A stretch of 44,315 nt of DNA from the NCBI GenBank assembly GCA_965223505.1, contig CBDCWP010000032.1:1-44315 (forward strand). Direction: 5' to 3'. Under the pieces are notes generated by a model. The model made no database searches, had not been told where the DNA came from, and worked only from the letters and a program-made list of their open reading frames with translations. This document shows, piece after piece, positions 8,450 to 17,797 of this stretch (position 1 is its first letter; every line of letters begins with the position of its first letter). The stretch comes from Planctomycetota bacterium. GTDB lineage: Bacteria; Planctomycetota; PLA2; JAEUHO01. Position numbers and translations under genes: made by a program.

Positions 8450-10091
8450 TCTTCTTCTCCTTGCGCGTGAGCCGTAGGTGCGCGAACGAAGCCAGCGCCT
8501 TGGCCTGCTTCTCCTCGTCTTCCGCAAGCCCCATCTCGATGTAGTGCTCGGCCAGAGACTCAAGGTCCGGGGCGAACCCAAGCGAGCGAGCTGTTTGCGC
8601 GGACGAGCTGAAGGCGGACGTCACGTCCACGCAGAGGCGCTTCTTGAACGACGCCTCCCACTTCTCGTAGGCCGCGGCGTTCGTGCTGTGCTTCTTCATC
8701 GCGGCGCGAATCGCCCTGTACTGCTTTCGAACGACGCGCTCCGCAGCGTCCGCGAGAACGGGCTCAAGGGACGCCGCGAACCGCCGCGCCTGCTCGTCCT
8801 CGTCGCCGTCTTCTTCTTCGTCGTCGTCTTCGGGCGGGTCGTCCGGCTCGTCGTCGTCGTCTTCGTCGAGAACCTTCATGGCGCCCTGAATGTGCAGCTT
8901 GCTCGCGCCCTCCTGGTCCGAGGGATTCATGTCCTCAAGCGCTCGGACCTCGTTCGGCGTCATCCAGCCCGACACGATCGCGCTCTGGTAGCCTGCAAAG
9001 CGCGTCTGGTTGTCGCCCCGGAGAAGGCCGGCGAAGAGGTGCTTCGCGAAGTGGTCGAGCTGCTCCTCCTCCGTGAGCAGCTTCATCCAGATCTCCGACT
9101 CGATGAAGATCGCGCCGGGCATGAGGGCGTCGTTCGCGTAGTCCGTGTTCAGGGCCTCGAGCGTCGACCAGCCCTTCGCGCGCTTGTCGTGCTGCAGCTT
9201 CGCGAGAGCCATGCGGCCGAGCCGCGCGATGTCCTCGGTGCTGTACTCCATGATCTCGATGAACTGGGCATCACGGGGGCTCACGCCCATGTTGTGGAGC
9301 TCGATGTCACCTTCGAGAATCGGGATCTTCCGTGCGAGCGTGCCGCTCCGCTCTTCGTCGCCCATGATGCGCTTCCGGAGGCCCTCTCGGCCCTCCTTCT
9401 TCATCACCTGCTTCATGATCGCGACGGTTCGAAGCGGAAGGCCCTCGCCGAAGTACGACGAGCTGAACCGCTGCGCAGCCTTGCCGCGGCCGATCGCCTC
9501 GGCGCCGATGCGCGCAAGCGACCAGCCCTCGATCCCGTCCCCCAGGATGTGCATGTGGAAGATGTCGCGGGAGTCCATCTCGAGCATCTTCGTCTTGCCG
9601 TCCGGACGCCACTCGTAGATCAGCGTCTCGCCGTCCTCCTGCAGCTTCGGCTTGATGCGAGCGGGGTGGATCGGCCAGAGACGAACCGGGCGACCAGTGC
9701 CGTCGCGGATGATCTCAGCGTAGGCGTTGCCCCAGCCAAACATCCGGCAGCACATGGTTCGCCAGAACGTGTACGCGTGCATGATCGGGTTCGGACGGAA
9801 GTGGATCAGGCGGTGCGCGGGGTGATCACGGACGACCTCTCGTCCGTCGTCGCCCATGCGCCGGTACAGGTTGAGCGGGAGCTTCGCGATGTCCTCGCTC
9901 AGGTTGCGGATCATCGCGTAGTACGCCGGCAGGCCCATCGCCGACGTCTCGCTCACACGCTCGCCGGACGCCGTCTTCCGTCCGCCCCAGAGGTTCTGCA
10001 GCCAGAGCGCCGGGTTCGACAGATCCGTCACCGAGCCGGTCGGGCCGCTCGCGAACTTCTTCGGATTGAAGACCCAGCCGAAGAGGCTCAT
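8427..10091 (-). CDS. HK97-family portal protein
   Basis: ASGERVSETSAMGLPAYYA, GNAYAEI, LWPIHP, DAQFIE, GWMTPNEVRALEDMNP; acidic C-terminal extension. Confidence 0.95.
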   Translation of the reverse strand: MSLFGWVFNPKKFASGPTGSVTDLSNPALWLQNLWGGRKTASGERVSETSAMGLPAYYAMIRNLSEDIAKLPLNLYRRMGDDGREVVRDHPAHRLIHFRPNPIMHAYTFWRTMCCRMFGWGNAYAEIIRDGTGRPVRLWPIHPARIKPKLQEDGETLIYEWRPDGKTKMLEMDSRDIFHMHILGDGIEGWSLARIGAEAIGRGKAAQRFSSSYFGEGLPLRTVAIMKQVMKKEGREGLRKRIMGDEERSGTLARKIPILEGDIELHNMGVSPRDAQFIEIMEYSTEDIARLGRMALAKLQHDKRAKGWSTLEALNTDYANDALMPGAIFIESEIWMKLLTEEEQLDHFAKHLFAGLLRGDNQTRFAGYQSAIVSGWMTPNEVRALEDMNPSDQEGASKLHIQGAMKVLDEDDDDEPDDPPEDDDEEEDGDEDEQARRFAASLEPVLADAAERVVRKQYRAIRAAMKKHSTNAAAYEKWEASFKKRLCVDVTSAFSSSAQTARSLGFAPDLESLAEHYIEMGLAEDEEKQAKALASFAHLRLTRKEKKNGHPAHA

Positions 10092-10279
10092 CGGGCACTC
10101 TCAGCAGGCGCCGGCGCGCGACGAAGGCGCTCGGCCTCTAGCCACAGGAGAGCGCCGAGTGTGATCCAGCCCGCCGGCTCGTAGATCTGCCACGTGCCGT
10201 ACGAGATGAGGACCACAGGAGAGAAGGCGACAACAGCCCGCCCCAGGAACGAGAGTAGAGCGGTGGCGCGGATCTTCAT
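10088..10279 (-). CDS. Small membrane protein between terL and portal
   Basis: 63 aa, two hydrophobic segments, YGTWQIYEPAGWITLG; ATGA overlaps both sides. Confidence 0.7.
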   Translation of the reverse strand: MKIRATALLSFLGRAVVAFSPVVLISYGTWQIYEPAGWITLGALLWLEAERLRRAPAPAESAR

Positions 10280-12042
10280 GCTTCGAGGATCTCACCCGAC
10301 GAATAGAGCTCGTTCAGGTCTTGCGCCAGAGGTGCAATCATAGCACCGCCCAGCCCCATCACCAACGCGCTGATGGCGTCAATCTTGTCCGCCGACTTCT
10401 TCTTCGAGGGCTTGATCCGGCCCTCGTGCATATCGAGCATGACGTTGCGCGCGCACCACTGAAGGACCGGGTGGCCACCGTGAACGAGCTTGCGCGACTT
10501 GACGAGCCGCTCCAGCTCCTTCGACGGCGCGTTGAGCTGTGAATACTGCTGCGCCCACTTCACCATCGTGATCCCCTCGCCCTCGAGGAGCTGAGCGGTT
10601 TCCGTGGCCTCCCAGCCGTCGTATCCGATCTCGCGGATCTTGTAGCGCTTCCCAAGCACGTCCGTGATGAACCGGCGGATCTCGGAGTACCGGTACGTGT
10701 CGCCCTCGTGGAGGCTGACCAGGTGGCCGGCCTTCGCCCATCTCGTGTACGAGGGCGCCTTCTGTTTGATGTCCCGGAGGCGCGCAGACTCCTCGGTCGC
10801 CCACGCGTAGGTCAGGGCCGCGTACGATCCCTCCGTCGGGAAGTCGCGGAAGACCAGCACGAACGCGATCAGGTCGGAGACGCTCGCGAGGTCCATGCCG
10901 CCGAAGCACTCGCGGCCCTCGAGAGCTGCCTCGAGCTTCCGGAACGCGAGCTCGCCTTTGCAGGCGTCCCACTTCTTCGCGACGAACCAGGCAACCGCAG
11001 AGTCCGTGATGATGTTGCAGTGCAGCCGCGTGAAGTCGGCCAGCATGGACGCCGACTCCATCGCCTCTCGCGCCTTCTGGGCCAGGTCGTCGTAGTTCGC
11101 GGTCACGCCCAGGCCTGGGTTTGCTGCCTCCCAGGTCTTCGGGTCCTCGATGTCGTGCTCTTTCGTCGGATCTGGCTCCCAGATGCACGGCATGAAGCTC
11201 GGGTTCCAGCCCACGGCGCCGGGGGAGCTGTCGCCCGGGTTGTCGCGCACCTTGAGCGCGTAGTCGCGCATGTCGTTGCAGGGGCTCTCGCGATTCGTGT
11301 CCGCCGTCGTGGTGATGAAGTCGATCGCCTCAGGCTGCTCCGCGCTCGAGGTACGCAGCACGTTCGCCAGCTCCGGCGACTTGTGCCGGTGGTACTCGTC
11401 GATCGCGTTGAAAACTGGGTTCACGCCGTCGACGGCGTCAGCGTCGGCCGCCAGAACGCGGTAGACGGAGTTCATCTCCTCGTACTCGATCGCCTTGTTC
11501 TGCGATCCGGCCTTCGCCCCGTAGATGGTCAGGCATCCGCCCTTCTTGCTCCAGAGGCGCGGGTTCTTCTTCACCATGATCATCGCAGCCTCAAAGACGA
11601 GCCGCGCCTGCTTCACGCCGGAGGCGGCCGAGTAGAGCTCCGCGCCCAGGCCCGACTTCCCGAAGACGTACAGCATCACCCCGGACTCGAAGGCCGTCTT
11701 GCCGTTCTTCTTCCCCACGTACAGGAAGACGGTCTTGAAGCGGCGATAGCCGTCAGCGCCGATCCAGCCGAACAGATTGGCGACGACCGCGCCCTCCCAA
11801 ACCATCAGCAGGAACGGCTTGCCGGCCTTCGGCCCCTTCGGGTAGCAGAGCTGCTCCGGGAAGAACAGCAGGGCCTCGCGAGCCTTGTCGTAGTCGAAGC
11901 CGTAGCCCTCGGACTGCAGATCGGGATCGAACCCCGGGATCTGCTCGATCAGCCAGTCGATGTACTTGTCGGTGAGCTCTTCACGCGTACTGGGAACAAT
12001 CTGGGCTGAAACGAGCGGCTTACGACGAACCGCTGAGACCAA
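10276..12042 (-). CDS. terL: Terminase large subunit
   Basis: Walker A GKKNGKT, Walker B AIDEYH, ITTTA, WEAANPGLG, GGMDLASVSDL, KIDAISALVM. Confidence 0.96.
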   Translation of the reverse strand: MVSAVRRKPLVSAQIVPSTREELTDKYIDWLIEQIPGFDPDLQSEGYGFDYDKAREALLFFPEQLCYPKGPKAGKPFLLMVWEGAVVANLFGWIGADGYRRFKTVFLYVGKKNGKTAFESGVMLYVFGKSGLGAELYSAASGVKQARLVFEAAMIMVKKNPRLWSKKGGCLTIYGAKAGSQNKAIEYEEMNSVYRVLAADADAVDGVNPVFNAIDEYHRHKSPELANVLRTSSAEQPEAIDFITTTADTNRESPCNDMRDYALKVRDNPGDSSPGAVGWNPSFMPCIWEPDPTKEHDIEDPKTWEAANPGLGVTANYDDLAQKAREAMESASMLADFTRLHCNIITDSAVAWFVAKKWDACKGELAFRKLEAALEGRECFGGMDLASVSDLIAFVLVFRDFPTEGSYAALTYAWATEESARLRDIKQKAPSYTRWAKAGHLVSLHEGDTYRYSEIRRFITDVLGKRYKIREIGYDGWEATETAQLLEGEGITMVKWAQQYSQLNAPSKELERLVKSRKLVHGGHPVLQWCARNVMLDMHEGRIKPSKKKSADKIDAISALVMGLGGAMIAPLAQDLNELYSSGEILEA

Positions 12043-12514
12043 AGGCTCCGTCCCCCTTTCCCGTACTCGAGCGTGGGCCCGCGGGCTTGGCGATGCCGGC
12101 GCGATCGGCGGCGCTCATGCCCATCTTCCCCTGCATCGAAAGCAGCTTGCCAAGGAGTGTCTCGGCGAGCCGCGCCTTGGGGTGGATGCGCGGAACCTCG
12201 TTTCCCTGGGCGTCGATCATCCAGTAGATGTCGCCGTGCTTCTTGACGTAGAACTCAGCGTCTCGCCACCTTGAGTACGTGACGCAGTATTCCTCGATCA
12301 GCTTGTCGTCGATCCGATCCAGAATCCCAAGAGCGAAGAGCCGCGGGGTCAACCACTTCCAACAGGTCTTGGCCTTCGGCGGCATCCAAGCGGGAACGGC
12401 CGGCTCCTTCTGAGCAGGCGTCCGGGGCTCGGTCTTGTCGCGCTTCTTCCCGCGCCAACTGCCGCGGTCCTTCAGCGTCTTCGTCGGAGTCTTGGGGGGG
12501 CCGCGCTTTCCCAT
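12020..12514 (-). CDS. terS: Terminase small subunit (P27 family)
   Basis: MGKRGPPKTPT..L..RG N-terminus, PAWMPPKAKTCW, MGMSAADR. Confidence 0.9.
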   Translation of the reverse strand: MGKRGPPKTPTKTLKDRGSWRGKKRDKTEPRTPAQKEPAVPAWMPPKAKTCWKWLTPRLFALGILDRIDDKLIEEYCVTYSRWRDAEFYVKKHGDIYWMIDAQGNEVPRIHPKARLAETLLGKLLSMQGKMGMSAADRAGIAKPAGPRSSTGKGDGAFGLSGSS

Positions 12515-12536
12515 CTCGCCTCTCTGTCATGCCTCC

Positions 12537-12630
12537 AACAAAAAAGTCCCAAAACCCGTGAAAAAAAACGCTTGCTTACGCCCCCGGTCTACGTGTCTCC
12601 ATTCGGTGAGAAAGACGCCCCCCCCACCTC
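12537..12630 (-). other. Putative cos/packaging region
   Basis: G8 run followed by T-rich tracts just upstream of terS, as in HNH-associated cos phages; cut site not determinable. Confidence 0.5.
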
Positions 12631-13488
12631 GTCACCGAACTGCAGTCGCCCGGCTTGAGCTGCAACGCAAGCGTCGTTCATCCACAGAACCTCGGTACGT
12701 TTGCGAGCGCCGTCCGCGAGCGTCTCGCGTTTGACGCTGTGCCACCCCGAGTAGAGCTCTACTTCGTACAGCTCGCACTCGTATCCGGACAAGACGACCA
12801 TCCCAGACACGGACTGCAAGAGAGCAGCTAGTTCCCGATGATCATCGTCGGTCATCTCGTGTCGGTACGCCCGCTCGTTGTCGCTCCGGAAGCGCATCGC
12901 CGAACGCGTTGCCAGCGGGTAGGGCGGATCCACGTAGAACAACGTCTCGGGCGCGTCCTGCTGCTTGATGATCTCCACTGCGGGCCGGCAGTCGATGCAT
13001 ACCCCGCGCAACCGGTCGATGAATGATGCGATTGAACCTGGGTACGACCGCCAGTCCTGCGTTCCGTTCGACCCGCCGGAGCGCCATGGAGTCGCCCGGA
13101 AGCCGGTCCGGTTACGCTTGCCAGCTGTGGTCCCGAACGCCATCCCCGACCGCACGACGCGTCGGCGCGCTCTCTCGACCGGGTCGACCGCGTCTTCGTA
13201 CGATCGGAAGAACTCCGTTCTCGAATAGGGAGTCAGCTCGAGCTGGCGGACTAGCTGCTCCGCCGTTTCAGGCTCACGAAGGACCTCAAACAGGTTGACG
13301 ATCTCGTCGTCCAGGTCGTTGATGACCTCGGCATAGCTGCGCGTCTTGCGCATGAGCACCGAGCCGGCGCCGGCGTACGGTTCCACGTAGACTCGGTGCT
13401 CCGGGAAGTGGGAGATGATCCACGGAGCGAGGAGCCACTTGCCTCCGTGGTAGCGCAGCACGGGTCGAGAGGGCGCTCCTCTGGTCAC
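12589..13488 (-). CDS. DNA adenine methyltransferase (Dam/D12 class)
   Basis: LRYHGGKW, YVEPYAGAGSV, EVINDLD, FYVDPPY. Confidence 0.93.
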   Translation of the reverse strand: MTRGAPSRPVLRYHGGKWLLAPWIISHFPEHRVYVEPYAGAGSVLMRKTRSYAEVINDLDDEIVNLFEVLREPETAEQLVRQLELTPYSRTEFFRSYEDAVDPVERARRRVVRSGMAFGTTAGKRNRTGFRATPWRSGGSNGTQDWRSYPGSIASFIDRLRGVCIDCRPAVEIIKQQDAPETLFYVDPPYPLATRSAMRFRSDNERAYRHEMTDDDHRELAALLQSVSGMVVLSGYECELYEVELYSGWHSVKRETLADGARKRTEVLWMNDACVAAQAGRLQFGDEVGGASFSPNGDT

Positions 13489-13865
13489 TGTCGTCGCTCC
13501 TTCGCACTCTTCGCCGCGTGGCACCCGGTGCACAGGCTCATCAGGTTGCTCTCGTCGAAGGCGCCAGCAGGCGTCGCGTTCGCCACCTCTTCGACGGAGT
13601 ACCTCGATAGTAGCGTGAACAGCGACACGATGTGATCGACCTGGTCCGCGGCAACCACGTCGCCGTTCTTCTCATGCTCCTCACAGAGCGGGTTCCTCTT
13701 GAGCTTTCGATCTCGAGCCTTCTGCCAGCGGGCCGAGCTCCTGATCTGCTTGGCTCTCCGTGTGTACGGGTTCGCCATGCGGCGACGGTCGTAGCCTCGG
13801 TCCGACTGAGTTCGGCCGTGCACCTGGCGCATGCGCTGGGCGTGAGTGATCGGCTTACGGGGCAC
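13485..13865 (-). CDS. HNH endonuclease (packaging-associated)
   Basis: SARWQKARDRKLKRNPLCEE...VDHI...NLMSLCTGCHAAKS; GTG start after GGAG. Confidence 0.92.
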   Translation of the reverse strand: MPRKPITHAQRMRQVHGRTQSDRGYDRRRMANPYTRRAKQIRSSARWQKARDRKLKRNPLCEEHEKNGDVVAADQVDHIVSLFTLLSRYSVEEVANATPAGAFDESNLMSLCTGCHAAKSAKERRQ

Positions 13866-13977
13866 CCTGAATAACTCCTGTGGGATGCTCAGAGCACGCT
13901 TTGAGCAACGTCGCAAGCTTGGCGGCCTGAAACCGCGCGAAGGTCAGCTCCGCCCGCTCGTCGTTGCTAGGAGGCAT
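13855..13977 (-). CDS. Small hypothetical protein (40 aa)
   Basis: GGGAG RBS then MPPSNDERAELTFARFQAAKLATLLKACSEHPTGVIQGAP. Confidence 0.35.
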   Translation of the reverse strand: MPPSNDERAELTFARFQAAKLATLLKACSEHPTGVIQGAP

Positions 13978-14063
13978 TGCGTTTCTCCCGTTTGGCACAT
14001 GCGGACCAGTACGACGCCAGATCGCGCACTTGCCGCCATGTGAGGTGAGACAAGTCTAGCTGC

Positions 14064-14444
14064 CTAAATCACCGCCCTCACTATTTGAGGATGGGCCTTG
14101 AAACCAAAGGTACTGGCCACGTCATCGCCCCACGTTGACCTGACCCGGCCCGCTGTGGCTGGTCGCATTGGTTCAAAACTCACTGGATCCATCTCAGGGG
14201 GGCCTCTCTCCACTGCTGCCGGAGCCGTCGCCGGAGCCGTCGCCGGAGCTTGTAGCTTTTCAGTCTCCGCCGTAACGGCGTCCAGCGTGGCGCGTGTGCC
14301 TGCTTCTCGGTAGAACTCGCGGGCCAGTTCAAGGTCAACGGGATCGCCGTCAAAGTCACTCGGCGCTCCACCAGTCAGCGCAATGCAGATTTGGTCGAAA
14401 GGGCTACTGCTCGGCTTGGGCATCAATCGCCTCCTATGCCGCAC
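14064..14444 (-). CDS. Hypothetical protein
   Basis: ORF after sigma gene; probable true start MPKP after GGAGG; contains 12-bp tandem repeat encoding APATAPATAP. Confidence 0.5.
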   Translation of the reverse strand: MRHRRRLMPKPSSSPFDQICIALTGGAPSDFDGDPVDLELAREFYREAGTRATLDAVTAETEKLQAPATAPATAPAAVERGPPEMDPVSFEPMRPATAGRVRSTWGDDVASTFGFKAHPQIVRAVI

Positions 14445-14973
14445 TCGAACGGACGTGGTTCACGAAGGAGCGCTTGATCTGACACGCACGCGACTCAGTG
14501 ACCCCGAGCACTGCGCCGATGTCCTTAAGCGTGACGCCGAATCGGTAGTACAGGCGAACGAGAACGCGCTCTGAATCTGTCCGCGCAAGCGAACGCAGGT
14601 GTTTCATCTCGTCCGCGCGCTCAAGCGGCGAGCATTCTCTCGACGCGTAAACCTGACGCAGGTTGCTCCATGACGGAGCGTCGTCCATCGACACTTCGAC
14701 GAGTCGCTCTGTGGCTGCCTGCGTTCGACTCATCGGCAAACACCTCCGAACGTGATCCAGTATCTCCCCTGTCACACGTACCGACGCGTAGGCCGTGAAC
14801 GGAACACCGCAATCCGGGTCGAACGCGTCGGCGGCCTTGACGAGCCCCAACAACGCTGCGCTGACCAAGTCGTCGGTGTCGTAGTGCTTGGAACGTCGGA
14901 GCTTGCTCGCGGCGGCGTACGCCTTCATGCGGGCGAACCTGACATGGCTTGTCACCAGTTCGTCGCGATCCAC
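14434..14973 (-). CDS. Sigma-70 family sigma factor, FliA/WhiG-like
   Basis: Region 2 DDLVSAALLGLVKAADAFDP..GVPFTAYASVRVTGEILDHVR; region 4 VLVRLYYRFGVTLKDIGAVLGVTESRACQI. Confidence 0.9.
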   Translation of the reverse strand: MDRDELVTSHVRFARMKAYAAASKLRRSKHYDTDDLVSAALLGLVKAADAFDPDCGVPFTAYASVRVTGEILDHVRRCLPMSRTQAATERLVEVSMDDAPSWSNLRQVYASRECSPLERADEMKHLRSLARTDSERVLVRLYYRFGVTLKDIGAVLGVTESRACQIKRSFVNHVRSSAA

Positions 14974-14976
14974 GGC

Positions 14977-16167
14977 CTACCTCCTCCCCGCCTTCGCTCG
15001 GACCGACTTGTCGGAGAGCTCGCCCAGGTACTCATTCAGGTGCTGTGCGATCGCCGTACGCATCAGCGCCTCAGGTGGGTTACGGCGCCACTCGGATCGC
15101 TGTTTCCACACCGACTTGACCGCCCGCTCTGCCCGGGCTTCGTCGCACCGGAGAAGCACGGCCATGGGGTACTCGAGCCGCGGGATCGAGAGCTTGAGCT
15201 TCGACGCAAGCGGTCGGTCGTGAGCGTCGACCCGCTTCAGGTAGTACGCTCCGTGACGAAGCCAACGGTCCTCGCCGTTCGGTCCGGGTCCGGGGTCTTT
15301 CCGATTCGGCCGGCAGGACGCGAACGCCGTTGCGAGCTGACTGATCGTCCTGACCGGATCCCCAGATCCCCGAGCGGCAGCTTCGGGAGGATCCCCGTTC
15401 CGCCCCCAAGCCGCACGGCCCTCGTTCGAAGTAGGTAGATCTTCCCTATCAGGGGGATCCCCAGATCCCCTAAAGGACTGGGGACTGGGGACTCTCGTGC
15501 CTTGGCTACGTGTTTCGCTACACGTTTCGCTACTACTTTGGCTTCCGTTGACGTGATTCCGTTTCGCTTGGGATTCAGGTGTCACCCCAGACACCACAGA
15601 TTCGGGCGTTCGTTTCTCCACATTCTGTCCACACTCAGCCCGACCGCGGTCGTCACCTGCGTCGCCGCATTGCGTCTCGCTATGCGTCTGGCTACTGCCT
15701 TCGCTACACGTTTCGCTACCGCGTTGGCTCACCCGTTGACTCTCGGGGAGACGGTAGCGACTCGGACTCACTGTCGGTTTGGTCGGCTTGCCGGACTTGT
15801 CCGCCTTGCCGTTCCAGTAGCTCGTGATGGCCTTCGCGTTGAACGCCTTGTAGTCGTGCCACGCAAGCACGCCAGGCTCGTACTCGTCGATGAACCCGCA
15901 CTCGACAAGCGCCTCCCAGAACAGACCAGGCTTGCCTTTCCAGACCGCCTTGCGCTCAAGCGTGCGCGGAGTCATGTTTCCCGGGAAGCGCCCCCACGGG
16001 TCTTTGCGGCTATCGAGCCACACCCAGAGACGAATGACGCAGTCGAGCGCGGAGAACGGCTCTCGCTCTCTCAGCTCCCACACGTGGCCGGCGTCCTGCA
16101 GGTAGAACTCGAGATCGAACCGGCGTTCGCCCAGCACTCCTCCGTCGTGTACGCGCGCAACGCTCAC
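14977..16167 (-). CDS. Putative replication initiator protein
   Basis: N-terminal LWVW...LERKAVWKG...ALVECGFID...HDY; low-complexity linker containing iteron-like repeats; position in early operon. Confidence 0.7.
   Translation of the reverse strand: MSVARVHDGGVLGERRFDLEFYLQDAGHVWELREREPFSALDCVIRLWVWLDSRKDPWGRFPGNMTPRTLERKAVWKGKPGLFWEALVECGFIDEYEPGVLAWHDYKAFNAKAITSYWNGKADKSGKPTKPTVSPSRYRLPESQRVSQRGSETCSEGSSQTHSETQCGDAGDDRGRAECGQNVEKRTPESVVSGVTPESQAKRNHVNGSQSSSETCSETRSQGTRVPSPQSFRGSGDPPDREDLPTSNEGRAAWGRNGDPPEAAARGSGDPVRTISQLATAFASCRPNRKDPGPGPNGEDRWLRHGAYYLKRVDAHDRPLASKLKLSIPRLEYPMAVLLRCDEARAERAVKSVWKQRSEWRRNPPEALMRTAIAQHLNEYLGELSDKSVRAKAGRR
15503..15730. repeat. 12-bp iteron-like repeats (consensus ~ACGTTTCGCTAC), putative origin
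   Basis: Two clusters (15503-15540, 15672-15730) of near-tandem 12-mers inside the initiator gene, as in lambda O. Confidence 0.6.
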
Positions 16168-16352
16168 AGCATGCTCTCCGGGACGATCGAGCCATGGGTG
16201 ATTCGGTGGCGGCGCTCACCGCTTCCCGCGCTCTGACGACGACTGAGCCGCTCCAGCATCGCGCTGAGCTCACGGTCGTCGTCGGCGCGCTCGCCGCATC
16301 GGCACGGACGGCAAGAGCATCGAGAGCAGAGGTCGAACGCGGGCGCAACCAT
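16164..16352 (-). CDS. Small Cys-rich hypothetical protein
   Basis: MVAPAFDLCSRCSCRPCRC; GTGA overlap with initiator. Confidence 0.45.
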   Translation of the reverse strand: MVAPAFDLCSRCSCRPCRCGERADDDRELSAMLERLSRRQSAGSGERRHRITHGSIVPESML

Positions 16353-16454
16353 CAGGCCGCCCCCAGGAGAGACGGACCGGCACCCGAGTCCAGGGCTTCT
16401 TGTCTGCACGGAGAGAGTCCACCGCCCCGAGCCACCGGTCCGCCTGAGAAATGA

Positions 16455-16694
16455 CTACGCACGATGAAGGATGTCCTCGTACTTCGACTTGAGATCCGGG
16501 TGACGACGTGCGTTGGCGATCGCGTTGCGAAGGTCACCTAGGGCCGTGTAGCGCATCCGCGACTCGTACGAGCACCCGGAGTACGAACGCGACGAGTCGT
16601 CGCACACGCGCACGTAGATCAGCGCCTTCTCGATGATCTCTCGCTCCAGTTCTTCAGCGGAGGGAGCGAGAGCCTTGGTTTTCGTCGCCTGCAT
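16455..16694 (-). CDS. Hypothetical protein
   Basis: 79 aa, GGAG RBS, operon-packed. Confidence 0.55.
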   Translation of the reverse strand: MQATKTKALAPSAEELEREIIEKALIYVRVCDDSSRSYSGCSYESRMRYTALGDLRNAIANARRHPDLKSKYEDILHRA

Positions 16695-16696
16695 GT

Positions 16697-17797
16697 TCAG
16701 CTCCGTCCCATCGACGCTAGGAAGTACGTGAAGCCCGCGCCGTCGAGCATGAGGATCTGCTTGTCCATGCAGCGCAGCTCAACCTCGGCGTCGGACGGCA
16801 GTGCGCGCAAGGCGGCGCCAAACATGGCGGCGCTCAGGCCGGTCGGCTTCACGCTGCCTTCGACAGACGCCTCAACGCGTACGGTCGAGTCGCCGTTCTC
16901 AGAACTGCCCTCGAGGACGACCTCGTGCGCAGACCCGTTGGCAATCGTGAAGGAGAGCTCGTCCTTGGACAGGAGCATCGACGCCCTGCGAACGCCTTCG
17001 GAGAGGTCTCCGGCCGGCGCTCGAATCGTCGCGATCGGCTTTGCCTTCGTGTACGTCGAAATCAGATCCTCCCAGCCAGTCTGGAAGGTTCCTTCGATCA
17101 GCCTGGTATTCACCAGCAGCCCCGGTGCCTCAAAGCGACCTAGGCGCCCGCTGAGGTCAATGGAGACTGTCTCGTGCTCCTCGAACGTGCTCTTGATGAT
17201 CTTCAGCGACTTCGGTGAGAGAAGGACGCCAGGCGCAACGGCATGAACGGGGACCCGAAAGTGCGCGAGCTGGTTGCAGTTCGTCGCAACGCACTCAAGG
17301 CTCCCCTCCTCGGCCTGCGTGAAGAACACGCCGTGATTCGCATACTTCCCGTAATGGCCGACCGCGAACGTCGTGCGACGGATGATCGAAACGAGTGCCG
17401 CGTAGTCGATCGACCAGCGGTACTCCTTGCCGGGACGCTCAGGCGCCGCAGGGAACCGCTCGATGTCCAGCGTGCGTAGGTCGTAGCTACCTGCGGGGCA
17501 ATCGACGTGCACCTTGCCGTCCGACTCTGAAAGCGTGGCGTCGTCGCCGTCAAGCTCTTTCGAGACGCTCAGCAGATGTCGCGCATTGAGAACCATGGCG
17601 CCGTCTTCTGTCGCGGAGGCGCCTTCGACCTCCATCTGAACAGACTCGTCGAGGTTGGACGCACGGATCGTCACAAGGCCGTCCTTCGACTCGATGAGCG
17701 CGCCGGCAATCGAAAGATGCGGCGAGTTCTGGGACGAGAACGCGGATGCGACCTGAGCCGCCTTGCGTAGAGATCCTGTCGGTGCCGTGATCTTCAT
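16697..17797 (-). CDS. dnaN: DNA polymerase III beta sliding clamp homolog
   Basis: ~366 aa three-domain pattern: IRASNLDESV, ERFPA, IIRRTTFAV, HGVFF, VATNCNQLA, TRLIEGTF. Confidence 0.88.
   Translation of the reverse strand: MKITAPTGSLRKAAQVASAFSSQNSPHLSIAGALIESKDGLVTIRASNLDESVQMEVEGASATEDGAMVLNARHLLSVSKELDGDDATLSESDGKVHVDCPAGSYDLRTLDIERFPAAPERPGKEYRWSIDYAALVSIIRRTTFAVGHYGKYANHGVFFTQAEEGSLECVATNCNQLAHFRVPVHAVAPGVLLSPKSLKIIKSTFEEHETVSIDLSGRLGRFEAPGLLVNTRLIEGTFQTGWEDLISTYTKAKPIATIRAPAGDLSEGVRRASMLLSKDELSFTIANGSAHEVVLEGSSENGDSTVRVEASVEGSVKPTGLSAAMFGAALRALPSDAEVELRCMDKQILMLDGAGFTYFLASMGRS

Noticed and set aside
8795..8870. Asp/Glu-codon trinucleotide run in portal
   Set aside because: Acidic linker of the portal C-terminal extension
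9..12009. Long + strand ORFs (e.g. 5188-7107, 8478-10184, 10708-12009)
   Set aside because: Antisense shadows of well-supported minus-strand structural genes in GC-rich DNA
14218..14249. 12-bp tandem repeat GCCGGAGCCGTC
   Set aside because: Encodes an Ala/Pro/Thr linker; ordinary low complexity
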